A program made the translations under genes and the position numbers. A stretch of DNA of 27,088 nt, taken from positions 1,221,671-1,248,758 of the forward strand of contig CAVNZM010000016.1 in NCBI GenBank assembly GCA_963693365.1, read 5' to 3'. The notes under the pieces were generated by a model. The model saw only the letters and a list, made by a program, of their open reading frames with translations, did not search any database and was not told where the DNA came from. Positions 1 through 10,185 of this stretch are shown piece by piece; positions within the stretch are counted from its first letter, which is position 1; every line of letters starts with the position of its first letter. This DNA is from Amoebidium appalachense. Its lineage: Eukaryota; Protista; Ichthyosporea.

Positions 1-2
1 GC

Positions 3-571
3 TGTTATGTGGCTCACCGATCTGGTTTTTGATTGGTGAGGCTGGATGGCATTCCTGTCCCACAATCACGGCTACGAAATTGCTTTGGTATAAAAGCAAT
101 TCGGTAGGTCAGTTCATCTGGGGAATGATTGCCGGTAATGGTGATCTGGCACAATAAATGGTTGCGCCTTTCAATGACGTACACCAGCCCGCCACATAGT
201 AACAGTAAGCTAAGCTCCCAAAAGAGCGACCGCGAGCCGGACACGACAAGCTACACCCCCGCTGGGTCTTTCGTGCCCATGGAGTCGAGTCAGGAGACTC
301 TAGCTTGTCCTTTGCGGGAGGGGATTGTTATGTGGCTCACCGATCTGGTTTTTGATTGGTGAGGCTGGATGGCATTCCTGTCCCACAATCACGGCTACGA
401 AATTGCTTTGGTATAAAAGCAATTCGGTAGGTCAGTTCATCTGGGGAATGATTGCCGGTAATGGTGATCTGGCACAATAAATGGTTGCGCCTTTCAATGA
501 CGTACACCAGCCCGCCACATAGTAACAGTAAGCCAAGCTCCCAAAAGAGCGACCGCGAGCCGGACACGACA
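3..571 (+). mobile_element. TRIM (terminal-repeat retrotransposon in miniature): LTR 3-248, 77-bp non-coding interior 249-325, LTR 326-571
   Basis: Two 246-bp direct repeats, each starting TGTTATGT and ending ACACGACA, with one visible mismatch (211 T vs 534 C). Polypurine tract GGGAGGGGA (316-324) precedes LTR2. Each LTR has TATAAAA and AATAAA. Right flank is CACGC (572-576) and the visible left flank is GC (1-2), consistent with a 5-bp TSD. Confidence 0.85.
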
Positions 572-1516
572 CACGCTGACTGGGATAGTGTACTTCCTTT
601 TGTGGTGCATGCTTATCGTACCACACCTAATGCTATCACTGGTTTTTCTCCGTATTTTCTTGTGCATGGTCAGGAGTGTACCGAGTTCTTAGATGTGAGT
701 ATGCTTCCTGCCTTCTCTGGTCCTCTCCGTATGGAAGAGTGGACTAAGTATAGGGAGGAGGTGTTGGCTCGAGTTTTGCATGCCCGTGAAGTGGCACGGC
801 AACGTACAGAGCAAGCACATGAATCTCTTACTAACAGCACTAACACTAACATTCCTCTCCGTACTTTTAAAGTGGGCAGTAAGGTGTTGGTTAGGAATTT
901 CACCCGTGCTAAGGGTGGCCCCGTGAAGAAATGGAGACCACGGTTCTTGGGTCCATATATAGTGTTAGCCCGGATAGGTAGTACTGAATACAAACTCCGG
1001 CATACGGTGAATGAGCACGATATTCGCCAGTATAACGTCGACGACATTAAGGCTTACCACGAATTTGCCTTCCGTGCTCTTTCGACGTTTTCTCAGTGTC
1101 CTAACACCCAGCATAACGGTATTCCAGAGTTAGGTGGCATGGACACCACGGTAGAGAAAATTTTGGATAAGAAAGTAGTTACAGTCAACGGCCATGCAAC
1201 CACTTATTATCGAGTCAAATTTGCAGGCTACGACACGGCTTTCAATCAGTGGCGTCCAGAGTCTTTATTATGGTGCCCAGAGTTAATCCAAGCATACGAA
1301 CGTCGGGTAGTTAGACAACCTTCTCATCCTAAGGTTGTTGTTCCTAGAAATCCAAAAACACCACGGGTAGACAAACAGGTCGACGTCACTCAGTCGGTGA
1401 GTGTTAACTCGACACCAAATGCTACAGATGCACGCACGGCTCGTCTTTTACGACGACGGCAGTTGCGCGATGTTCTGTTCCCACGGCGGGAAAAGAAACT
1501 TGAATCGATGTGTTAA
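572..1516 (+). CDS. pol: Ty3/Gypsy (chromovirus) pol C-terminus: end of integrase core, GPY/F motif and chromodomain; 5' part interrupted by the TRIM
   Basis: DWDSVLPFVVHAYRTTPNAITGFSPYFLVHG (integrase core end); FKVGSKVLVR...KWRPRFLGPYIV (GPY/F); VEKILDKK...YYRVKFAGYDTAFNQWRPESLLWCPELIQAYE (chromodomain). The first 40 aa of ORF 452-1516 come from the TRIM LTR. Confidence 0.92.
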   Translation, partial: HADWDSVLPFVVHAYRTTPNAITGFSPYFLVHGQECTEFLDVSMLPAFSGPLRMEEWTKYREEVLARVLHAREVARQRTEQAHESLTNSTNTNIPLRTFKVGSKVLVRNFTRAKGGPVKKWRPRFLGPYIVLARIGSTEYKLRHTVNEHDIRQYNVDDIKAYHEFAFRALSTFSQCPNTQHNGIPELGGMDTTVEKILDKKVVTVNGHATTYYRVKFAGYDTAFNQWRPESLLWCPELIQAYERRVVRQPSHPKVVVPRNPKTPRVDKQVDVTQSVSVNSTPNATDARTARLLRRRQLRDVLFPRREKKLESMC

Positions 1517-1565
1517 ACTTTGTCTCTTCTTCGTCGGAGCTCAGATTTCCTGCTGAGGGGGGGAT

Positions 1566-2752
1566 TGTTATGTCTCCGCGGCGAGCATTCGTGTCAATCG
1601 ATCGATTCAGATCTATTCAGATCTATTTGCTTTATTTACAATTCGTCGGTGCCGGCTCATCCAGTCAGATGTCGGCGTTTGCTGATGAATGAGCCAATCA
1701 TAAATGTTATATCTGCTTTTCCAATCGGATGATCAAATACAATTACATATGTTCGGTTACTTGGAAACGAACTACAGTGAGACTCGCGTGAGTGGACACT
1801 TATGGCCTCTTCTGTGTTGATTGGAACACGTAAATGCTGCGGCCATAGAGAACGAATAACTAACAAGCAGGTTGTGAGTGATTGGGGAGTCTCATATTCG
1901 ACCAGTCATGTTGAGGGCATCCCGGTAAAGTCCAGCTGCAATGAGTGGTCGTTGTAAACCTGCAGTTACACATGTGAGAGAGACAGCACTCCGAAAGGTA
2001 ACTGGTAACCAAAGTCATAAATCTATTCAGATCTATTTGCTTTATTTACAATTCGTCGGTGCCGGCTCATCCAGTCAGATGTCGGCGTTTGCTGATGAAT
2101 GAGCCAATCATAAATGTTTTATCTGCTTTTCCAATCGGATGATCAAATACAATTACATATGTTCGGTTACTTGGAAACGAACTACAGTGAGACTCGCGTG
2201 AGTGGACACTTATGGCCTCTTCTGTGTTGATTGGAACACGTAAATGCTGCGGCCATAGAGAACGAATAACTAACAAGCAGGTTGTGAGTGATTGGGGAGT
2301 CTCATATTCGACCAGTCATGTTGAGGGCATCCCGGTAAAGTCCAGCTGCAATGAGTGGTCGTTGTAAACCTGCAGTTACACATGTGAGAGAGACAGCACT
2401 CCGAAAGGTAACTGGTAACCAAAGTCATAAACAGGAAAAGTACTGGTACCTGTTTATTTGGAGTATATTTCGGGGCTGTGTAAGTCATAAGTCATGCAGC
2501 AGTAAAGATTATATATGAGTGTTAGAACCGGCAAGAGACCAAGTAGTCACACACAGTAATTGCTAGCCCTGTACTAATCTGTAATATGATTGGTCGGCTA
2601 GGGAGTTGTGTAATTGGTCAAGTAATCTTGTCCGGGTCGACCATCCGTATATAAACGCACGCATCGATCCTCTGAAATCCAGTTCAGAGTGAACCCCGTT
2701 TACACTCATACACATACATTTTACACTGAAGTGTCCGTGAGGATACTTTACA
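1566..2752 (+). repeat. 3' LTR of the chromovirus (right boundary inferred)
   Basis: TG directly after the PPT; reverse CCAAT boxes (ATTGG near 2588 and 2613) and TATATAAA at 2648-2655; CA at 2751-2752. The 5' LTR is outside the window, so the boundary is unverified. Confidence 0.6.
1611..2430 (+). repeat. 410-bp tandem duplication (2 copies) inside the LTR
   Basis: 1611-2020 and 2021-2430 both run ATCTATTCAG...AAAGTCATAA, with one visible mismatch (AAATGTTAT vs AAATGTTTT). Confidence 0.95.
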
Positions 2753-4309
2753 TCTCCTATGGGAAAAGCTTGCTGCACGGGGTGTACCACACTGCATTGG
2801 TGTTCTGTTAGAAGCACTCTTGTCTCAAACCTATGGTAGAGCTGTGGTTAATGGGCATCTTTCATATGGTTTTGCTCGTACTAGAGGTCTCTTGCAGGGT
2901 TCATTGCTTAGCCCCTTTTTGTTTAACCTATTTATAGATGATTTGGCTGTCAAGATTTACGCCGAAAACGATGACCCTATTAATAACTTTCCGCCTGCAC
3001 TTCTCTATGCTGATGATCTGTCCCTCCTTGCCCGTACCCCTAGACGCCTGCAAAGATTGTTCGATGTAGTGTCAGAGTGGTGCAAGGCAAACCTTATGAT
3101 CCTTAACATAGACAAATGTGGTGTTCTTGTACCTGATATAGCTAACAATTTACACACATTTACATTATCATCTAAACCTGTACCTATAGTTCCAGAATAC
3201 AAATATCTTGGTGTTCCGGTTGATTCTGTTGGTGTTATGTTTCCCCATATGGTCGAAAAGAGGGTAGAGTTGGCTCGTAAGCGGTTAGCTTTCTTCTCGG
3301 CTAATATTTTTAAAGACACACCCCTCCATCCTTCTATTAGACTTACATTTATTCGCACTTTTGTCTTCCCGGCATGTGAATATGGTTTACCCCTTCTCGC
3401 CGCTTGGATCAAGAAAGAGAGAACTAGAGCGCTTAAACCCTTGGCAAATTTCCTTGAAGCAGAAGTTGCCTCCTTTCTATCTAACAACTGTTGTAAACCT
3501 GGGCCTGTAACGCTCTCGATATATGGTCTGGTCCCAATAGCTGCTAGAGTATCCTATCTCGCGCTGAAATTCAATAAGCACATAAGCCGCTTAAAGAAGT
3601 ATTTGCCCTCCCACCCTCTCTTCTCTATCCGACCTGTCCCCTCCTCACCTCTCCCCTCTTTCCTCCCCTCTCTCTCCCCTTCTCCCCTGGGCACAAATAC
3701 AAATAAACCCCGCAATAGTGTGTGTGTGACTTTGGACTGCCACTTACTTATTAAACATGTACACAATCACAAGATAATCACGAAATATAACAAATGGAAA
3801 AAGATACCACACGACACTAGACCCGATGAAAGCATACACCTTGAAAAACTAAGCCTTATGTCTCGTTTTATATATACTGACCGCCTCAACCATATTGCCA
3901 AATATGGCACTCGCAAGTGTATAACACCTAAATACATATTACCTTCCTGTAGAACTGGTCTTTCTCTAGCTGATGGTATTATTGATCAATTACCACGCTT
4001 TTACTGTACACGTGCTATACAGTGGAGATCTAATAAGTATAAGGTGGCATCATTTGCATGCCCAAACAACACACACACACACCAGTTTAACCGGTCATGT
4101 ATCGCCAAATGTAGTTTGATAGACCACATAATACCGCAACACACACACGTCACATTCACAACAGACACCCAGAAAGATAGCCTACCTGTAAATTACAACA
4201 TCCTTGATTTTATACTAAACACGCGTAACTACGACCTGTTTATTAGATGTATTGATTGGCTTGAGAAACACATCACTACAAAATTATAGCGCACGCGCAC
4301 ACACACACA

Positions 4310-4364
<55 letters not shown>

Positions 4365-4425
4365 CCAGCTGATACCGAGTGTCCCGAGGGGAGCCCCTTT
4401 AAAAAAAAAAAAAAAAAAAAAAAAA
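2753..4425 (+). mobile_element. LINE 3' portion with (CA)n-containing 3' UTR and poly(A) tail
   Basis: RT ORF stops at 4289, (CA)n spans about 4298-4362, and A25 occupies 4401-4425. Confidence 0.8.
2754..4289 (+). CDS. Non-LTR retrotransposon (LINE) reverse transcriptase, 5'-truncated, with Cys/His-containing C-terminal region
   Basis: The frame of ORF 2820-4289 extends upstream as LLWEKLAARGVP. RT motifs GLLQGSLLSPFLFNLFIDDL, LYADD, KCGVL and YKYLGV are present. C-terminal segment FACPNNTHTHQFNRSCIAKC. Confidence 0.92.
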   Translation, partial: LLWEKLAARGVPHCIGVLLEALLSQTYGRAVVNGHLSYGFARTRGLLQGSLLSPFLFNLFIDDLAVKIYAENDDPINNFPPALLYADDLSLLARTPRRLQRLFDVVSEWCKANLMILNIDKCGVLVPDIANNLHTFTLSSKPVPIVPEYKYLGVPVDSVGVMFPHMVEKRVELARKRLAFFSANIFKDTPLHPSIRLTFIRTFVFPACEYGLPLLAAWIKKERTRALKPLANFLEAEVASFLSNNCCKPGPVTLSIYGLVPIAARVSYLALKFNKHISRLKKYLPSHPLFSIRPVPSSPLPSFLPSLSPSPLGTNTNKPRNSVCVTLDCHLLIKHVHNHKIITKYNKWKKIPHDTRPDESIHLEKLSLMSRFIYTDRLNHIAKYGTRKCITPKYILPSCRTGLSLADGIIDQLPRFYCTRAIQWRSNKYKVASFACPNNTHTHQFNRSCIAKCSLIDHIIPQHTHVTFTTDTQKDSLPVNYNILDFILNTRNYDLFIRCIDWLEKHITTKL

Positions 4426-4629
4426 CGGGGAACCCCAACTAATTGATTTCTCCTTGTAGTCTTTATGGTGTCTCGTAGAGAAAGTAAACCCTGATATATA
4501 GTCACCACCCGACATCTATGTACGTGATCATGATATACCGCTGAGGGGATATTCCGAGCAAACCCCCCCCCCCCCATACCTGAGACTGGTTCTCTTTGCC
4601 TCGAGTAAACAGCGTAAACCCCCACTCTC

Positions 4630-4665
<36 letters not shown>

Positions 4666-4994
4666 GTCAGTGCATATACGTGGGCGTAACATTGTTAGGT
4701 CTGTGATACTTTGTGCGCTTGCACTTGTGTGTGGAGGGGGAGCATGGTGGCCGGAGGTGGGGGGGGGGGGGGGGGGGGGCGGATGTGTGCAGGATATCAT
4801 TGCTACACGGGCAATGCCCAATCGGGGGTGGGTGTTTTTGTGTGTTAAATTCCGAAATTATCGATGCAGCACCCGATTATTGGTTGTTTGGGGTCTGAGC
4901 CTCACAAAAGAGGTTTAGACGCCTGGCCTGCTGTGTATACACTGCTGGAGGGTAGGGGTGTAATGGAAATGGTTGGGGATGCTGCATGGGGATA

Positions 4995-6355
4995 CTGCCT
5001 GCCCATAAAATGAAGTCCCAGGGGGGGGTCTGAGTGTTTAAATGGGCGATATCGATAAAAACACACACAATTGTGCATAAATTCACTCTGGGTGCACGGA
5101 TTTCGACCCAGTTTTTTGCCCTGCAAACAGGGGGCATGTGGGGGGGGGGCATGTGGGGGGCATGTGTGGGAAGTTTCGTGCATGTACCGGCACTGGTCGG
5201 ACGGGAGGGGGGTCGATCGGCCAGAATTTACTGTGATTTGTACATGAAAGCGCATAATCATTTATCCAAAAATGCAAACACACCTAACTCCTTCCAGAAA
5301 TGCAAGTAGCAAGAGTTAGGGGGCTCCAAAGTAACGTTAGGGGATGGGGATGAAGGAGCAGGGGTGTTTCGGGTGATAGGGCCCTATGCCTGCGCATAAA
5401 ATGAAGTCCCAGGGGGGGTCTGAGGGATTAAATAGGGGAAATCGATAAAAACACACACAAATGTGCATAAATTCACTCTGGGTGCACGGATTTCGACCCC
5501 GTTTTTTTGCCCTGCAAACAGGGGGCATGTGGGGGGCATGTGGGTGAAGGTGGGTGCATGTGCCGGCACTGGTCGGACGGGAGGGGGGTCGATCGGCCCG
5601 AATTTACAGTGATTTGTACATGAAAGCGCAGAATCATTTATCCAAAAATGCAAACACACCTAACTCCTTCCAGAAACACAAGTAGCAAGAGTTAGGGGGC
5701 TCCAAAGTAACGTTAGGGGATGGGGATGAAGGAGCAGGGGTGTTTTGGGTGATAGGGCCCTATGCCTGCCCATAAAATGAAGTCCCAGGGGGGGGTCTGA
5801 GGGATTAAATAGGGGAAATCGATAAAAACACACACAAATGTGCATAAATTCACTCTGGGTGCACGAATTTCGACCCAGCTTTTTGCCCTGCAAACAGGGG
5901 GCATGTGGGGGGTATGTGTGTGAAGTTTGGTGCATGTACGGGCTCTGGTCGGACGGGAGGGGGTCGATCGGCCCGATTTGATGGTGATTTGTAGATGAAA
6001 GCGCAGAATCATGTATCCAAAAATGCAAATACACCCAACTCCTTCCAGAAATGCAAGTAGCAAGAGTTAGGGGGCTCCAAAGTAACGTTAGGGGATGGGG
6101 ATGAAGGAGCAGGGGTGTTTTGGGTGATAGGGCCCCATGCCTGCCCATAAAATGAAGCCCCATGGGGGGGTCTGAGGGATTAAATAGGGGAAATCGATAA
6201 AAACACACACAAAGGTGCATAAAATCACTCTGGGTGCACGGATTTCGACCCAGTGTTTTTGCCCTGCAAACAGGGGGCATGTTGGGGGTGTGTGTGGGAA
6301 GTTTGGTGCATGTACGGGCACTGGTCGGACGGGAGGGGGGTCGATCGGCCCGATT
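4995..6355. repeat. Tandem repeat, unit ~375-390 bp, ~3.6 copies
   Basis: Anchor CCTG(C/G)CATAAAATGAAG-like recurs near 4998, 5389, 5765 and 6140. GGTCGGACGGGAGGGGGTCGATCGGCC-like occurs in every unit. Confidence 0.92.
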
Positions 6356-6504
6356 TTAGGGGTCCGAACGAGGTGAAATTAATGAAAATTCTTCTGTGAG
6401 CACACTTTGCACCATATGTGGATGCACATGTCCTTTATTCGTTTTTATTCCACCGTTTATAGTATGCACAGCATACTAGGTACAAGACTCATGTAACACA
6501 ACAT

Positions 6505-7500
6505 ATGTCCACTACCCTGCAGGAATGCCAGGCCCTGAGTCTCAACCTCGACTCTCGGGCCTTTTACTCCCGGGTGCAAAAAGTGTTCATCGATTTTTGT
6601 GTGGCATCTCGGCTGCAGTCCTCCTCCGGGTCCTACCTCCCGGCCTCCCCACACACCGTGCAGCTCTTTCTCGCCTGGTGTGCCCAACGAGGGGTACAGG
6701 CCTCTTCCTTGGCCGGCTACAATTCGGCCATCACCAGACTCCACCTCGACATGGGCCTCCCTGCTCCCTACCCCCACGACAAGTCTCTGGCCTGGTTCCT
6801 ACGAGGGGTGGGCAGATGGCAGCTTTCTCACAACATCCGGCCCCGATCATCTACCAGGGAGCCCCTCCTGCCCTCCCACCTCAGCCTACTCCATGGCCAG
6901 TGCCCCACCAAGGCCTCCTCGGCCAATCTCCGGCTATGGACGGTCCTCATCGTCGGTTTTTGTGGTCTCCTCCGTTCGGGGGAATTTACCTCCAAGACCC
7001 TGACTTCCTTCGACCCGTCCCGTCACGTTAAAAGGAAGGACGTGACCTTCAGCTACACCCCCTCCGGTACTTTGTCCCATGCCACCCTCCACCTGCCAAC
7101 CTCCAAGACGGATGTACAGGCCCAAGGTGTCAACGTCACTCTCGCTGCCCTGCCCCTCACCCACTTCTCCCCAGCCCATCTCCTCCGGCAGTTCCTGGAT
7201 ACAACGTCCGGTCAACCCGACGACCCCCTGTTCAGTCTCGGTGGCATTCCCTACACCAAGGGTGCTTTCTCTGCCGACTTCCGTGCTCTCCTCTCCCGGG
7301 CAGGCCTCTCACCCTCCCGGTTTGCCGGCCACAGCCTCCGAATCGGGGGGGCCACAGCCCTGGCTGAGGCTGGGGTCGACAACTCCCGGATCAAACAACT
7401 CGGCAGATGGTCCTCCGACTGTTTCCTGATCTATACTCGACTTCGCCCGGCCTCCATTACTGCCACTACCACACGTGTATTCGCCTCTATTCTTAAGTGA
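6505..7500 (+). CDS. Tyrosine recombinase of a DIRS-order (Ngaro-like) retrotransposon
   Basis: 331-aa open frame with an N-terminal helical core-binding region and catalytic motifs GLLRSGE (R), SKTD (K), HSLRIGGAT (HxxR) and LGRWSSDCFLIY (W, Y). Confidence 0.95.
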   Translation: MSTTLQECQALSLNLDSRAFYSRVQKVFIDFCVASRLQSSSGSYLPASPHTVQLFLAWCAQRGVQASSLAGYNSAITRLHLDMGLPAPYPHDKSLAWFLRGVGRWQLSHNIRPRSSTREPLLPSHLSLLHGQCPTKASSANLRLWTVLIVGFCGLLRSGEFTSKTLTSFDPSRHVKRKDVTFSYTPSGTLSHATLHLPTSKTDVQAQGVNVTLAALPLTHFSPAHLLRQFLDTTSGQPDDPLFSLGGIPYTKGAFSADFRALLSRAGLSPSRFAGHSLRIGGATALAEAGVDNSRIKQLGRWSSDCFLIYTRLRPASITATTTRVFASILK

Positions 7501-7759
7501 AACCTTTGGAGCAAGCATACTGCTCTCGTGCCGTGGTTTACAACCATTGCAGGTTCACTTTCGTCCAAGGGGATGTCCCCCTAGAGGCAACACACGTCCC
7601 GGAGTAGTTTTCATTTGGGTTTTATTTGTGGAATTTATTGACATAAATATTTTTTCTGGGTAAACACGTAGGATGGGTGTTCGGTATCAACATAACCATG
7701 TAGGCTTCGTTTCGTGTTTTAGCAGTTCGCGGTTGGCTGCCCGCACACGGGCACCTATT

Positions 7760-7885
7760 AGCCAATCAAAACATCAGATTCCACATATCACTAGACCGAG
7801 TTTCGATTGGCTCGGATCAGATTTCACATATCACTAGATCGATTTTTGATTGGCTCAAATCGGTAGGCTTAGGTATATAAGCACG
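7760..7885 (+). promoter_or_regulatory. Pol II-type promoter in the A repeat: three CCAAT/ATTGG boxes and a TATA box
   Basis: AGCCAATC at 7760; GATTGGCT twice within ~43-bp tandem subrepeats; TATATAA at 7874-7880. The arrangement is conserved in the other two A copies. Confidence 0.6.
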
Positions 7886-8604
7886 ACAGTTTTTAGCAGA
7901 TCAGCAAGCTACAAACACATCTTCTGTGTTTAGCACTCACAGCCTTACAGCTATATATTACTTTTTCACCCACCCACCTACACCCACACTCAACCCCCAT
8001 TGATCCACACATACGTGCTGTTTTTTCACGGGGCGAAGACTTCCCCCGTTTTTTTGGGCACAAGGACCTCACGGATCAATAAATTGATGACTGGGGGCTT
8101 GCCGTGGTTTACAACCATTGCAGGTTCACTTTCGTCCAAGGGGATGTCCCCCTAGAGGCAACACACGTCCCGGGGTAGTTTTCATAGGTGCACATTTTAA
8201 GCATGTTACATATATATAGTGCATATCACATTGGATATAATATTGGGCAGGTTACCTGTCACTGGGTCCCTTCGTCACATATCCATTATATATGTTGTGT
8301 ATGTGTATTTGCATATCTAGTGTTCGATATCCATTGGATATCACGTTTCCCGTGGATATCTAGTGGATCCCTAACAGTAGTTATCCAATGGATATCAGGG
8401 TTTTAACAGATATCTATATACATATTAGCCGTAGATATCCAAGATTAATATCTATTTGTTTTTACATATCTTTAACCCATGAACTGGATGTAGGGTTATG
8501 TTCAGGATGTGTTTGAGTATATGGATATCTTAAATATATCTGTTATGGGTTCCGGATGTTTCGGCAAGATTGCTGATGTAAAGGTACAATAAGGACGCTG
8601 GTAC

Positions 8605-8635
<31 letters not shown>

Positions 8636-8644
8636 AAAAAGAAA

Positions 8645-8689
<45 letters not shown>

Positions 8690-9695
8690 ACACAGCTTCC
8701 CATCCACCTTGCCTTAAGTTCTATCATAAACTAATTTGCTGTTTGCTGATCTCTCTTCCCACTCACTTGGTTACTTTGGTGCATCGTGTTCTGTGTGTGT
8801 GGGTGGTAGTGTGCATCAGTGTGTGTGTGTGTGTGCTATATATATGTATAAACATTGTGTATATATGTCGTTGATCACCATCCCCCCGCCCCCCCCCCCC
8901 CCCAAAAAAAAAAAACAAAAAAAACGCCTGTTCTCCCACCTCTCCATCCCCCCCATCTCTCTGTATGTGCGCACATGTAGGTGTGGGCCCGGGTGTGTAT
9001 GCACAATAATGTATTTTGGTTCTCAATGTATCCCTTGGTAGTCGTTATACTTGTAAAGGGTTACGTCGAGGCTTCCAGCAACCATATCCTATACAAGTAT
9101 TGCACGAGGGGAGGGAATGACATGTACTAACCCCCCCCCCCCCCCCCCCCCCCCCGCGCGGGAGCAGCTCGAGGACATGCGTGTTGACGGAGTGCCATGT
9201 GATTGACCCACCACCCAGTAACGACCCTGAGGACGTCAGCAGCCACAGCCACAGCGAGGAACAAGAATCAGTGCCACAAGAGAGTCTGCGGGGAATAAGG
9301 CGACGAGCAAAGATTGGAGTACTAGTAGTTGTCATTGCATTATGGTTAGAAATCAAGTAAATAAGCAATTATTCTTGTAGAAGTTATAAATGCGCATGTT
9401 GATACGATAGAAAAATGTAGAAGTTTGGAAGTTGGATAATAGCGTTTGTGTCACATGCTCCTGGGGAGCATGACTAATAAAAAAAAAACCTTAAGTGTGG
9501 GTGCCGTCATTGAACAAGTGTCACCATCCCAACGGGGGGGGGGGGGGGGGGGGAGGTGAATAGATAGAGAGATATCCATATAGACATCATTTATATATTC
9601 AGATACCTATATAGGTATATATAGAAGTGGTATACAATCAATATCATTTCTAATATAGAATACATATTCAGCTAATAAATTCTGAATATGTGTTT

Positions 9696-10185
9696 AGGTT
9701 TTATTTGTGGAATTTATTGACATAAATATTTTTTCTGGGTAAACACGTAGGATGGGTGTCCGATATCAACATAACCATGTATGCTTCGTTTCGTGTTTTA
9801 GCAGTTCGCGTTCGGCTGCCCGCATACGGGCACCTAATTAGCCGATCAAAAACGTCAGATTCCACAGATCACTAGACCGAATTTGATTGGCTCAGGATCA
9901 GATTTCACAGAACACTAGATTGATTTTGATTGGCTCAGATCGGTAGCCTTAGGTATATAAGCACGACAGTTTTTAGCAGATCAGCAAGCAACAGACACTG
10001 TATCTTCTGTGTTTAGCACCTACAGCTTTACAGCTATAATTTCTTTTCATCTATTTTTCCCTACGCCGGTCAGCATGCCGCCGAAAAAGCGCCAGGCCTC
10101 AGCCACCGCCCCTGCCGCGGCACCTAAGCGCCTGACCCGCAGCGACCTCCGCCACAGGCTGACCACATCAGCAAACTTCCCCGTG
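9696..10185 (+). mobile_element. 5' end of a related Ngaro-like element: A1 repeat (~9696-10049) plus truncated gag-like ORF start at 10075
   Basis: Closely similar to 7618-7968 but not preceded by B. It is followed by GC-rich ATG CCG CCG AAA AAG (MPPKKRQASATAPAAAPKRLTRSDLRHRL), which breaks abruptly into AT-rich DNA near 10186. Confidence 0.75.

Larger units (their letters stand above)
572..2752 (+). mobile_element. 3' portion of a chromoviral Ty3/Gypsy LTR retrotransposon (integrase, PPT, 3' LTR)
   Basis: Integrase-chromodomain ORF, then PPT GAGGGGGGGA (1555-1564), then the LTR start TGTTATGT at 1566. The right end is inferred at ...TTTACA (2752), where LINE RT coding sequence begins. Confidence 0.8.
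6505..8187 (+). mobile_element. Ngaro-like YR retrotransposon, 3' part: YR, B1 (7529-7614), A2 (~7618-7968), spacer, B2 (8100-8187); gag, RT and RNase H absent
   Basis: An 86-bp direct repeat TGCCGTGGTTTACAACC...GTAGTTTTCAT flanks a block that also occurs before a gag-like start at 9696. This matches the A1...B1-A2-B2 split direct repeat layout. Confidence 0.85.

Noticed and set aside
452-571. N-terminus of the 354-aa ORF as real protein
   Set aside because: It lies within the TRIM LTR and is a chance in-frame fusion to the integrase.
2545-2555. Alternative LTR right end at CACACACA (2555)
   Set aside because: The CCAAT boxes and the TATATAAA at 2648 lie downstream and LINE coding starts only at 2753, so 2752 is preferred. 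This is not excluded without the 5' LTR.
2563-2817. Minus-strand 84-aa ORF as an inverted RT fragment
   Set aside because: It has no convincing RT motifs, and the plus strand explains the region as LTR end plus RT.
6505-7500. Phage integrase or Crypton DNA transposon
   Set aside because: The downstream B1-A2-B2 repeats and an A1 copy before a gag-like start point to a YR retrotransposon.
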